A stretch of 63,550 nt of DNA, taken from contig JARDVH010000042.1 in the NCBI GenBank assembly GCA_030324005.1, positions 74,814,512 through 74,878,061 of the forward strand, given 5' to 3'. This stretch comes from Negaprion brevirostris (Eukaryota). Under the pieces are notes generated by a model, which was not told the origin of the DNA, searched no databases, and saw nothing but the letters and a program-made list of their open reading frames with translations. Each line of letters starts with the position of its first letter. Within the stretch, counting starts at the first letter, position 1. The position numbers and the translations under genes are program-made. Below are positions 50,170-62,344 of the stretch, piece by piece.

Positions 50170-50306
50170 ATATATTGATCTGCGGGAAAATCCACTCGAA
50201 AGCTTAGAAGACGAGATGCTCAGTGAACTCTTTGAAGATGATGACGAGCACCAAGACTTTGAAAAAGATTTGATGCAAATGTACTTTCAGGATTTGAAAG
50301 AGAGAG
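50170..50306 (+). CDS. LRRC2: LRRC2 coding exon 7 (YIDLRENPLESLEDE...DLMQMYFQDLKER[D])
   Basis: Acceptor tttcctattaacag|; 137 nt; donor AG|GTAACT; LRR cap (LxxNP) followed by an acidic tract and DLKER. Confidence 0.95.
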
Positions 50307-51356
50307 GTAACTGCTGGAATAAATGTACAATCTCTTCTTTAGAAGAGAAGGGACATAATGGTGTAAAGATAAAGGACTGGATTATACCCCTGGGGTGGAA
50401 AACAGAGTTTGGGTCAGTTTCTAGCTCACAAACCTGCCTCTGGGGGGAAAACCTTTACTTATTTTTGATTATCCTCAACAGCAGCAAATCAGTGGCCAAT
50501 GGGCAGATTCATTGTCCAATTAAAGGTGGTAGGTGGCTCTTGAAGCTGGAGGGCCAATGTGGGGCTGTCCATCTTGAGAGCAGCAGCAGACTGCAAAGAG
50601 GCAAGGAAGAGGGCAGTTCAAAATTGAGGCACACTCTCTCCATCTTTTTAAAATCTTTAATAAAAAAATGGTCATAAGCCAGGACATCACTGTGAGAGAG
50701 AATGGGGCAGGTTGGGGAAACCTCCCTGCAGTGCAGCCTGTGGCTACTGCTGCACTCAGGCAGGCACAGAGGGCCTCCAGGCCTACTTGGACTGCTAGCA
50801 CCTGAGTCTGCCACTGGGATCTCCTCTCCAGGCACCTAAACTGGATCCCTGTCACCTGTTGGATGCTGACTGGAAAAACTCAGTCAGACTCATTTAATTG
50901 GTCTCAATGAACCTGATTAGCAGCCCACGATGTGCTGGCATATAGCCCTGCCAGCCCTGATCCTTGTTCCACATAATGACACAGAGGTGGAATGGAGGCA
51001 GAGAATTGGTATGCCAACTGGTGGAGCTAATTTTAGCTCCAGTCTACCTCCGATCATTAATATAAATGACAAAAAGCAATCTTCCTATTATTGATCCCAG
51101 TGAAGACCCCTATATATTTTCCTTCTGTCTACAAAACAACTTCATGTTTAAATGCAGGTTCCAGTCTGGATACCTGAAATATCTGTGCAGTGGCAGCTCA
51201 CTGATTCTGGCTGGTGAATATCAGAAAAGCTGAAGGCTGCCCAACTGTCCCCCAGGAAAGTGGTCAATATGCAAAAAGTTTTAAAAAAGCCACAACCAAT
51301 CCACATCCATATTTTTTTTGATAATCTAAAACAATCTTTGTTTTGCTTTGCTGCAG

Positions 51357-51406
51357 ATACAGCTCCGGCCTATACTACAAGGGTATCACTAAGCCTACAT
51401 ATCTGA
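51357..51406 (+). CDS. LRRC2: LRRC2 last coding exon (TAPAYTTRVSLSLHI*)
   Basis: Acceptor ttttgctttgctgcag|; 50 nt to TGA at 51404-51406; matches the recalled LRRC2 C-terminus PSYTTKVSFSLQL. Confidence 0.94.
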
Positions 51407-52690
51407 CCAGATACATTACCAAAATTCACCAAAATGTAAACTGGATCTCAAGAGAACAAAAGATGTGTGATTTGTGAAGAATCTATCCACTCCAGTGAGA
51501 AATTGCTATAGAAAGCTGACCATGGAATACTAGTACGCACTTATAATCAGATGTAGCTGTATAGAGGACTATTAGAGCATCATTTTGCTATTGTCTTGAT
51601 TTATGGCACGTTCAGTGGCTGAGAGGAGGTGGTTTGTTGTTGGAAGTAAAATGTTCAGAGGGTTACATGACCAAATGTTAAAGGTAAGCAATAATGTTAC
51701 AATCTGGATGTCTGTAACATGGATATATTATACTTATTTTAGAATAGAATAGAAAGATTGTTAAAAAAATAAATTAAAAATGTGTCTCTCTTGGCCTGAT
51801 TTTTAAATTTATAATACTGCAGCAGAACCTTATCGCAATTGGGAAGCTATTTTAGCACAATCACTCAGTTGTATTTCATTTATTGCAAAATGAAAGCATT
51901 TCAACAGCGCTCACACATTTATTCCTCTTTATATAAGACAGTATTTAATGTTAAAAATACAACAGGATAATTTAGGATACTCTTTAGAGTTTGTAATATT
52001 TCCATTAACTCCCACCATTGAGTGAAGGTCTATCACCACAGCCTTCCTTTATCTCCCTTCTTTCTCATAGTCTCTGAAGACAAAAATAAACTACCCTATT
52101 CATTTACTGGACATATTACAAAACAGCCCCAAAGTATCTGGTTGTTTTTCTCTTCTAATGAACAATAATTGAGCTTTCAAGGTTTAGTGGCTCTCAGCAA
52201 AAGGAGTTGGTAAAATACACTGACTGGTCTTGTCCCAGTTGACAGTAGCATCGCTGAATTATTTCGGGTAGGTCACTATGAATAGTAAACAGTCTCACTT
52301 TATGCATTTTGCTGAAATCTATCTATGAATGCTCTTTATAAGAGCAGGAAAGGCAGAAACTTGTTCCTGTGCCTTTTTACTATCATTGGCAACCCCTTTA
52401 TTAATGATGGCAAGTCAGTTTCTATTTACCCCCAGTAGCAAAAAGCATCCAAAATGTTCATCTATTGAATATTGTCACAAGTTTAAATTTGTGACAGACA
52501 GTTAGAAATTCCTATCATACTGTCCAATTTAAATAATTTGTAAGTAAATGATTGTGACCGTTGTTTAGTACCATAACACACAAGCTAAACCAAATCTTTT
52601 TATATCACAACTAATCACTGTCCATATGAATTTAATATTCCAGACTGAATTATTTCAATAAAATAAATGTAGCTCCGCTTTGGAAAACAT
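51407..52690 (+). promoter_or_regulatory. Probable LRRC2 3' UTR with candidate polyadenylation signals
   Basis: AT-rich stretch with no repeat I recognise after the stop; AATAAA at 51768, 52085 and overlapping 52657/52662. Which signal is used cannot be determined. Confidence 0.5.
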
Positions 52691-55600
52691 TCAATTTCTG
52701 CAGCATGTGAAATTAAATTGTAAAGACAGTTTAACGGAACAGTATTATGCTTTGCCATACAAACCAGGGAACCCCCTTAGTGTTCAATTTTTGGCCAGTG
52801 TTAAAGTTGCTAGTCTCAGCCAGGGAAATAATAATGGTCGTTATAATTGGCTTCAAAGTTCCAGTGAAGGGGAAACTTTCATGGAGGTTCCCAGTTGTGA
52901 CAGCCAACTTGTAACCTCTAGTTAGAAGTGCATGTGTACGAATGTTAGATGTGGGCAGGGTTAAGTTTGACTGTGGTACCCCAATAACATTCACCGTTCA
53001 GGCTCACGCATGAAGGATAGCCACTGGAATGCAGTCCCAGATGCTGCCATCTATGAAATTCTCTCCCACTTCAGTGGAGGTAGCCTAGGAGAAGAAAATA
53101 GGAAAAGGAAGAACCAAATTAAAAAATACATAAAATGCAGAATGGATATGCTTGAATAATTTTTAACTTCTTGTAATGTTATCTTGTTTATATTACATTT
53201 AATATGTAGCAACTTAATTTTTTAAATTATGTTTTAAACAGTTTAAATTTATTTTTGCAGGTTATTCAAACAGTAGTTGGCATTGTCCCTGCTATTGCCT
53301 CATAAATGAAGCACACACTTCCAGCATAGAGCTCTTCATTAGGGCCTTTGCAGGATCTGTGTAGGAAGGTCTTGTGGTGTAGTGGGTGGCATCCCTGCCT
53401 CTGAGCCAGAAGTTCCAGGCTCAAGTGAAGTATTTATGTTATGATTGTTTATGACAAATATATTAGAATGTATGAAAATTGCTCAGCAATATACCGATTC
53501 TGGTTAACATTAATAACTGATGATATAAACTGCCAAATGCTTGTTGCAAAATATTCCTCACTATTCTGATGTACTTGAAATTCAATTAAATACATACAAA
53601 AAATGCTTACATTTCAGATAGTTTGTCAATCATTTTGTGATAAATGTTATGGCTTGTGACACAAAAATATGTATAAAATGATTTAACATTGGACAAAGGA
53701 GATCTTCCTGTTCAGCAGTGCAATTCTTTTTTGCAGGGGACCCAAAAGGGAGGTTTTATTAACGCATCAGTTATTTTCTTTTTCATTTTAATTTTAAGAC
53801 TGTAAAATCATTGTACTAATGAATACTCCAATTCCCATGGATATATTCCATGTGGCTATTAAAAGCCTGCAGTTTACTCATGGTTTATGGCATATTTTGG
53901 TTTTAAAGCCACATGTTGCCAATTTTATGGGCTGAGAATAATTTGCACTGGGGTTTTATCCCTTAATAGCTGCACTATAATTTGTAAAGTGGTCAGCTAA
54001 CATGAAATGTGATGTTAGGGATCCCAAATCCCATGGCCTGAATTCCCATTGCACCAAAGAAAGATTACAATTAAATAATAGAGGAATAGCTGCTGCTGAT
54101 ATCAGTTGAGATTGATGGAAGTATAGAATTTTGAAGTCTGTATCCTGAAGAAACTTTGAAGAGCAAGTGTTGGATTTGAAACAGATCTTTTAAGGTCCTG
54201 ACCTTGCTATTGGCAGCCATGTGAGACCAAGGGGAAGTTTATGTCCTTACCCACAAAACAGAAAGAGGTCTGAGTCTCAGGCATGGGATTCCCGAAGGGC
54301 ATTCTCTTGACTGCGATTTTAATGGAAAGGTGAAGAAGGATCATTGCAGGATAAAGAGAAAGAGAATGAGAAATTTGAAATGACATAAAAGCTGGAATAA
54401 AAATTCAGAAGATGAGCATTCATCTGAATGAATCCAAATCAAATAACGTCAGGATCTCATTTGATGCAAATCACCTTGCCAACTGGATTATTTGTAATTG
54501 AAATATTCATTCACCTTTTCTAGCTAGCCTTTGCTTGCAAGATATTAATTTCCAACCCACTCTCACAAAGAATTTACAGACCACACAGATCCTTCTTTCT
54601 CAGTTCTCTGCCTGAAGGCAAATCTGACCCATTGCACCACAATCTCCATCACAGGTGAGGCAAGGAGGCAGATCCCAAATCCATCTCAGCCAAAATGGGG
54701 ATTAAACTCTGTGCTGTTGGCAACAATGTGATCCAGGCCAGTCATCCTGCCAACCAAGCCAACCTGTTCCCCCAGAGAGCCTGAGTTTTTGTGACAACAT
54801 ACACTTAAACATGTATGTAGTGGTTTTGGGCAATGATGAAAGAATCCTCAATTTCCTTTTTGTCATACTACTGACCAGGAATCTCTCCCGGTCTTACTGC
54901 CTGCCAGTGGCGTATGTTGGAAGGAATTCACAGTTGATAATCAACCTGTTTGTTCACATTATGGACAACCTTCCTTGGTCATCAAGTCTTGGACTGGGAC
55001 TTGAACCTGGGATTTCTGATCCAGAGGCAGGGATGCTACCACTGTGCTACAAGACCTTGCTACACAAAGCCTACAAAGGCCCTAACGAACAAAAACAAAG
55101 AAAAGTACAGCACAGGAACAGGCCCTTCAGCCCTCCCAGCCCGTGCTGATCAAAAAAACAAAGAAAGTGCTCAATATTATAAGAGTTTGCTTCATGTATG
55201 AGGCAATAGCAGTTGCTATTTGAATTTCAAATTGAACGGGAGAAACATCACGAGTAAGCAATACAGTGCACAATACAGGAATCAAACTGAATATTGATCA
55301 GCCTGTTATTCACCTCTTCAGTTCCATTTATTGATAGCCTCTTATTTTTTAGTTTGGAAGGATACATCAATGATATTTTTAAGAGTTTCAATTCATCTGC
55401 TGGGGCATTTGTACCCTCTGAATTTCTACAGTATGGCACAACCCAACTAAAACCTGGTGTTGTCAGACTTTTTACTGTGGTTACAACCCAACTGGACAGG
55501 CTGGGATTTTTTGGTGGACAAAACATGCTTTAAAAATGTTTTTGTGTTGGATCTTGGCAGGGAATCCTGGTTTGTACAGGGATTGAATTTGAATTTGCTT

Positions 55601-56499
55601 CTTTGCCGTCTGCTGTTATGAATTCTAGATTTGTAAAATGTGGTTTGAAAGTGATCTGGTAATAATGCTTAGTTTCTTGGCAGAAACTGTGAAAGAAAAT
55701 TTTGATGGAATTAATCCAGCCAACAAGATAACTAAAATTCTTAAGTGAAACTTTGCTTTAATTAGATTCAAATTTACTATTAATCAAATGCTAGTCTTCT
55801 GCTATGTTACTCCGGTATTTCTGAATCCCTTCACAATTGTTTTTTTTGGCACAGAACTGATTGCTTTCAAATAAGCCTGACAGCTTTCTCACAATAACTG
55901 TGAAAAGTCCATTTNNNNNNNNNNGAAGAAACTGCGTAGAGCTTCTTGGATTTTGTTATTCTGTGTGACAGATTGTACCGTGGCTAAGTGCAAGCATTTT
56001 GGTTGTCTATATCTTATTAACAACAAAGATGCTAATGAATAAAACTGAACTACATTGAACTGGTCTAGCTTCCATGGACAAGAGAACAGGGTTTTTCAGA
56101 CACTTTGAGGGTGGCTTTGGAGATAGGGGGCAGGAAGTGTATACTATTCCAGGCTGAAGTTGGTTGGATCAGAGTTTCAATGTCAACAAGTCAAATTAAA
56201 TTTTACGAGGGGCAGATGACATAGTGAGAAAAAAGGATGTAGAGATCTGACATAAAGCTAATTAAGGCACCTAAATGCACAGAGAATGTGTTTTTATGTG
56301 ATTGTCTCAATTTAATGCATAGTGCTCTGGGGCTATGACAAATGTATGAAAGCTGCAAAGAAGTGGCTGATTAGATCAAGCCTTTGTCATCTACTGGGTG
56401 GTGCAGCATGCCTTGAGAGAAAGGCTAGAGCAGCACAGCTATTGGGCCAAACTAGAACACTTCTTTCTCCTTGCACCAAAATGACACTCAGACATCAGG

Positions 56500-58400
56500 A
56501 GTTATCTCATTATCTGTCTGTAGACCCTCGCTGCAGGGCTTCCTCTCCTTCACGTAGATGATGACATGCAGATCTGCACATATCTCCAGCATTCATGAAA
56601 TGATCTGCTAGATCTCCCTGTCCAGGTAAATGCAACAATCTCTTGGTGGAGGAAGCCACATGTACAGACAAAGACAGTACTCATGACCAGGACAGACTCC
56701 TCTACTGACTAAGCCTCTATGCAGATATCCTCTTGANNNNNNNNNNCTTGAATCTCCACCAAATCATCACTCACCTCATGTTGAATGATCAGCATCTGCC
56801 ACCTCACTGACATCTCCAGAGGCACGTCATCAGTCTGTGAATCAGCTTGGCGCTTTGCCTCCCACAGTCATCTGTCTGTCAATTGCCTCAGCTGTCACAG
56901 TCTCCATCAGATGCTCAGATGCATCTGTGAGGTGCTCACCAACTTGTGACGTTGAATCTAAGCATGAATGAATACCCATCAAGGTGAGAGTATCTGCTCT
57001 GGTAGAAGGTGTAAGAGAAGATGTGAGGGTGCAATCTCTGAGGTCCTCCCCTCCTCCTTAGAGCTAGATGACTGTCCCCTAAAAACAGGAGTTCTCTGTT
57101 CATGTGGTTGACCAATGTGAGTGAATAGAAAGATCAAAGGATATTTCCCTTCCAATATCAGCTGGTGTTTGGATTGTATGTGCAATGGAAGACACAGAAG
57201 CAAATCCCTCTATACAACCATGAGGTCACTCACTCTATGCCCACATTCCTGCCTTGGTGTCCACAATGGAGCATACATCATTCTGCCACATCAATACCAG
57301 TGTCTCCTCTTCTATTGGTGTAAAGATGGGAGCAATGGCGCCTTCTGCTGTCTGGGCCCTTTGTTTTGCTCTGTGGAATCATTTTCCTGCAGAGACAAAG
57401 GAGCACAGTGTTAGTGGCCTGACAAAGACAAGCACAATACCTTAGCATGTGGCAGACTAAATGTTGATTCTCAGATCCTCAAATGCAGTTGTCTTTCAAC
57501 GACTCTGGAGCAACCTCGATGCAGTCACTAGTCAATGACAGGCAAGCACCCATTGACAGATCTGCATTCATTCCTCTTAGAGGAGATCCTGTGAATTGAG
57601 CTTTCTCTCCCCCAACAGCAACATCTTCACTGAGATAAAAACAAATTACTGCAGATGCTGGAATTTGAAACAAGAACAAAAAATGCTGGAAAATAAGAAC
57701 ATAAGAACATAAGAAATAGGAGCAGGAGTAGGCCATCTAGCCCTTCGAGCCTGCCCCACCATTCAATANNNNNNNNNNNNNNNNNNNNNNNNNNNNNNNN
57801 NNNNNNNNNNNNNNNNNNNNNNNNNNNNNNNNNNNNNNNNNNNNNNNNNNNNNNNNNNNNNNNNNNNNTAAACAGGTTTTTGACAGGTAATTTCTTATCT
57901 GTCTCTCTGCTCCTTCACTCGTCTGCTCTAGCAAACAATGGAAGGCTTCACCGTCTCAGCAGATATGACGAAGAGTCATCCAGATTTGAAACATGAGTTC
58001 TGTTCTCTCTCCACAGATGCTGTCAGACCTGCTGTGATTTTCGAGCATCTTCTGTTTTTGCACCACATCTTCGCATTTGACCATTTGTAAGCTCTGAAGA
58101 GTATCGAGTTGTGTGGCACTCACTTTGATGGATCAAATAAGGTAATTTACATGCTCACAGGACTGACATCAGGTTCTCTGGATGACCCCGTGCTGCTGAC
58201 CTCCTCTGTGACCTTCATCCAGGTTGACTTGATTAGTCATGGAGATCACCTTCTTTTCCTGGGGAAGAAGGCCACCTGAGCAGCCTGGAGGAGAGTCTGC
58301 AGAAAGTCATTCCTGAACCATGAGGCTACCTGGGATTTTCCTACTGCCATGTCAACCAGTGCCTCATTCCTCCAACCTTCAGAATGTCAACCTCAGTGGC
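56500..58400 (-). mobile_element. Harbinger Myb/SANT-like ORF relic with nested Penelope repeat and CR1 tail (57635-58060)
   Basis: After an acceptor tttgtctctgcag the minus strand reads RAKQRAQTAEGAIAPIFTPIEEETLVL; an EVSS-type motif lies near 58200. Confidence 0.5.
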
Positions 58401-60719
58401 CAATGGGTCTTTTCAAACTGGCCAGACTGCAGGCTGTGGCTTCACAGCAAGCTGTGTGGACATAGAGCAGTCTGCACCTTCAGAACAAGAAGTGCTTTCA
58501 AGACTGTCTTTAGCTGTATTCTTGGAGTCCTGTCAGTCCTTTAATGATAACACAAGGATATGCCTCTCTGCTTCTGGAAATAGTCACCACCTGCATTTGA
58601 AACAACAGCAGTGGGTGCAGTTTTTCAGTATTACTGAGTTTAGACCCTTTCACAACTGAACCTCAACGATGTGTTTTGGTGGGTTATACAGGAAGTGGTG
58701 ACTATGTGCTAGTAATGCAGATGCCCAGGCTGATGTTCTAGAGGACATGGGTTCAAATTTCACCCTGGTATTTAAATTCAATTAATAAATCTGGGATATA
58801 AACCTAGTCTCAGTAATGGTGACCATGACAATTACTATTGGTTATTGAAAAAGCCCATTCAATTCACTGATACACTTTAGGAACGGAAATCTGTCATCCT
58901 CACCCAGTCTGGCCTATATGCGACTCCAGATGAATAGCAATGTGATAGACTCTTAGTGCCCTCTGCAATGACCTAGCAAGCCATTAGCTGGCCACTTAAA
59001 GTCCTCAATAGGCAGGGGGGTGCCTGATGCCTTTCCTGCCAACTGAAATAGGGCAGATATGTTGGGCTGGCTGGCAAGGCCACCCACTTTACTTAATGAG
59101 GATCCCCCCTGTACCACTTTCAAATTTGCTCCATGTCTCACTTGCTTATTGGCTTCCACATATAGGCCAAGGTTAAGAACTCACTCCATGATACATTTCA
59201 AAGAAATTTAAAGTGCACTGTCAACACACTGTGGCATACTATGCAAATGAACAAAATCAATGTTGCGAACAATAAGAATAACTTCTATTGTAGTTTTAAT
59301 GTAATAAATGCTTGGAGTGCATTATAAAGCAAAATACAACACTGAGTCACATAAGGAGATATTTAGGTCAGTTGACCAAAAGCTTGCTCAAAGAAATAGG
59401 TGTGCCTTAAAGGAACAGAGGCAGAGGGATATAGGGAGGGTTACACCAGAGCTTGGGGACTCGACATTTGAAGGTATGCCTACTAATGGTGGACCAATTA
59501 AAATCATTGAATGCCAGAAGATCAGAATAAAAGGTGAGCAGGATTCTCAGAATGTTGTGGGGTTGGAAGAGATTGTAGCAATAGGGAGGGATTTGTAAGC
59601 AAGGATGAGGATTTTATAAATTAAGGTCTTGTTTGAGCAGGAGCCAATGTAGGTCAGTGAGTATAGAGGTAATGGGTAATGGGGAATGGGAAATGGTGCT
59701 ACTTAAGACAAGGAGAGTAGACCTTTGGGTGACTTCAAGCTTTNNNNNAGTAGAAAGTGGGGGAGCAGCATTGTAGTAGTCAATTCTAAAGATAACAAAG
59801 GCATGCATAAGAGTTTCAGCATCAGATAAATTGAGAAGCCACAAAGTTGGGTAATGTTATAGAGGTGGAAATCAGCAGGCTTAGCCCAAAGATGGATTAA
59901 GCTATTGACTGAAACTGTTATTCACTGAACTGCTAAATGCTGTTTAATGCAAGTTGGAGGTTTTTGTTTTAACAAAGCAGTTTCCAAGTAAATTGAGTCA
60001 GGTAAATCATTTACAGGTGAAACTTGTAAAATAAAAGCTAATCGTACTAACTTGAGTATATTTTCTGAAGAGTGGGATGAAGTCCAACACACTGTGGCTT
60101 AACAGTTGCTTTTAAATACAATAGATGTGGCATCTTGTATGTACAAATCACAATCGTTAGCTGCACTCATTACCAATACTGTGTGTAATGCTACAAAAGA
60201 CAAATATAATCTCACCACACCCACTATTGCAACAGCAAATCATAAGGTTGACCAAACAAACTTCTGCTCAAAGTTACATTTCACACAGGCACTCCCACAA
60301 ATTTTCAAAATCACATATTTCAAAGCAAAGATAACTTTTATTGTTACACCAGATCTTTTATTTTATGGAAACCCTGCAAGGGCAATGCATTTTTGAATTA
60401 AGTCATCAGATTGTAGGATCATTCATGTGACCAAAGTGGAACATTAATGCTACAAAAAACTATAAATACTAATTATGGTCTAAGAGGTTAATTTAACTCA
60501 TTTGATAGTAATTTGTGCAGGTTAAAACAAGAGTCTGCAAAGGGATGTAGGTAGGTTAATTGAGTGGGCAAAATATTAGCAGGTGGAGTTTAATGTGGGA
60601 AACTGAAAGGTTTTCCACTTTGATGGGAAGTACAGGAAAACAGAATATTAGTTAAACAGAGGGAGACTCTGGAATGTTGTATTACAGAGTGAGCTGGGTA
60701 TTCACGATGGGGAGGGAAC

Positions 60720-61993
60720 AGAGATGAATTTTCCAGGTCTGCTAGCTCCCAGCGTGTACAGCGATGGCTCGGGCAATTAGGAGTCAGCAGAAAAACGGCA
60801 TCCGTACCGGTGGCCAAACCCGTTGTGACCCTCGCAGGCCGTGCTGCTGGCCCCGATTTGGTTCCCGGCCAAAGCGGGTGGAAGACATATAAATATTTAA
60901 ATGGTTGATCCAATAGATACTCCAGCCAGAGGTGACACAGCTGTGAATTGATACAAGCCCTGAAAAGCAGGGGCCTGGTGAACTGGGCACTGAAGGACAG
61001 ATAAGTCGCCACTTGAAAGTTATACCGGGATGTAATGGGGTCTTGCAAAGCACCTGTGGGTAGCAGCGTCTGTGCTGGTGGTTCGGGGGTGACCTTGGGG
61101 TGGCCTCGGGTTCTGCACCTCCCCCCAGGACAGGGGCCTGGGGGAAGAGTTCAGTGAAATCATCAAGGTGCCACCCTCAGGCAACTGACCTATCATTATG
61201 TAGCTTCAAGTCAGTTGCATGTTTCTCCTGTGATATCTCCTTCCCCAGTGATAATGTCATGCTGCCTGTCCATCTGCCAGTCTGCATTACTCTCAAAGGA
61301 ATCTACAGGTACGCTGGGCTTGCCCATGGTTCTGCCATCACCAGGATGCCTGGGGAGGGGGCATAAAAGATGGCACCCATATTGCCCTTTTGGGCTCTGT
61401 TTCAAGATGGAATGTGCTTCATGAACATGAGGGATACCACTCCATGGACATCTAGCTGGTGTGTGATCACCTCTTGAACATTCTGTGCACGCAATCCTTA
61501 GAACGAGCACAACTCATACATTCTGGGACAGTCGAAATACTGACATGTTCGAGGTCAACCTCGGCTGAGGGAATGGCCAGCGGGGCTAAAAGCTACCATT
61601 ATCATAGCGGATAATGCCTGTGAGGTGACCCCAGACCAAGTTGGAAACCCATTACCATGAGGCCCACTCTACCACCGAGAGCATCATCGAGTGNNNNNNN
61701 NNNGGTCTCCTCAATTTGCAGTTGTGTGGCTTGGATCACTCTGGCGGGACATTACGATATAGCATCCAGAGGATGACACCTATAGTGACTGCTTACTGTG
61801 TATTGCTCAACCTTGCATGGCAGCAGGGTGATATGGTGAAGGAGGAAGAATATGCAGCCTCATCAGAGGGGGACCAGGATGGCGCAGAGGAGGAGGAGGA
61901 CGGGGAGGATGCTAAAGGAGCTAGGCATCCTGTGGCCAGGGTCGGACAGGGACATTGGATGAGGGAGACCCTCATTGCCTCCAGGGTCCAGTA
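60720..61993 (+). pseudogene. PIF/Harbinger (HARBI1-like) transposase relic
   Basis: IKDGTHIAL (catalytic D at 61369), GYHSMDI*LVCDH, YHEAHSTTESIIE...GLLNLQLCGLDHSGGTLRYS...CVLLNLA, acidic tail; stops and frameshifts present. Confidence 0.85.
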
Positions 61994-62344
61994 GTAGGAG
62001 CTTCACTGTTGGCACATCAAACCCCACCATCCCCCCGCCCCTGCCTCCCTGAACCTCATACCCTGGCTTGACTGGGCCCTTGTTTCTCCTTTCCCTCATT
62101 CTGAGCTCCTTTCCACTCTCTCTCCCTCAATCCTTTAGTTCCATCTTCCCCTCCCCTACAATATTCCTCTTATTCACCACCCCCACACTCTATACTTGGC
62201 TGGTTAAGTGCAGCTCCAACAACATTCAAAGCTCAACACCATCCAAAACAGCCCACTTGATCAGCACACTGCCCACCACCTCAATATTCACTGCCTCCAC
62301 TGACACAGAGTAGCAGCAGTGTGTGCCATCTATAAGATGAATTG

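Noticed and set aside
50015-50677. 220-aa ORF as a stand-alone gene
   Set aside because: Only 50170-50306 is coding (LRRC2 exon 7); the flanks are antisense CR1 and MITE-like sequence.
18137-51406. Calling the gene LRRC39
   Set aside because: The N-terminus, PICVLRMSNL/DLPQDIDR, VSGD and the YTTxVSxSL C-terminus match LRRC2.
53365-53430. tRNA-like sequence (also 54985-55060 minus and the HE1 heads)
   Set aside because: These have A/B-box-like motifs but no complete cloverleaf, and recur as SINE heads.
60720-61993. Functional HARBI1 gene
   Set aside because: Frameshifts, stops and degenerate catalytic motifs.
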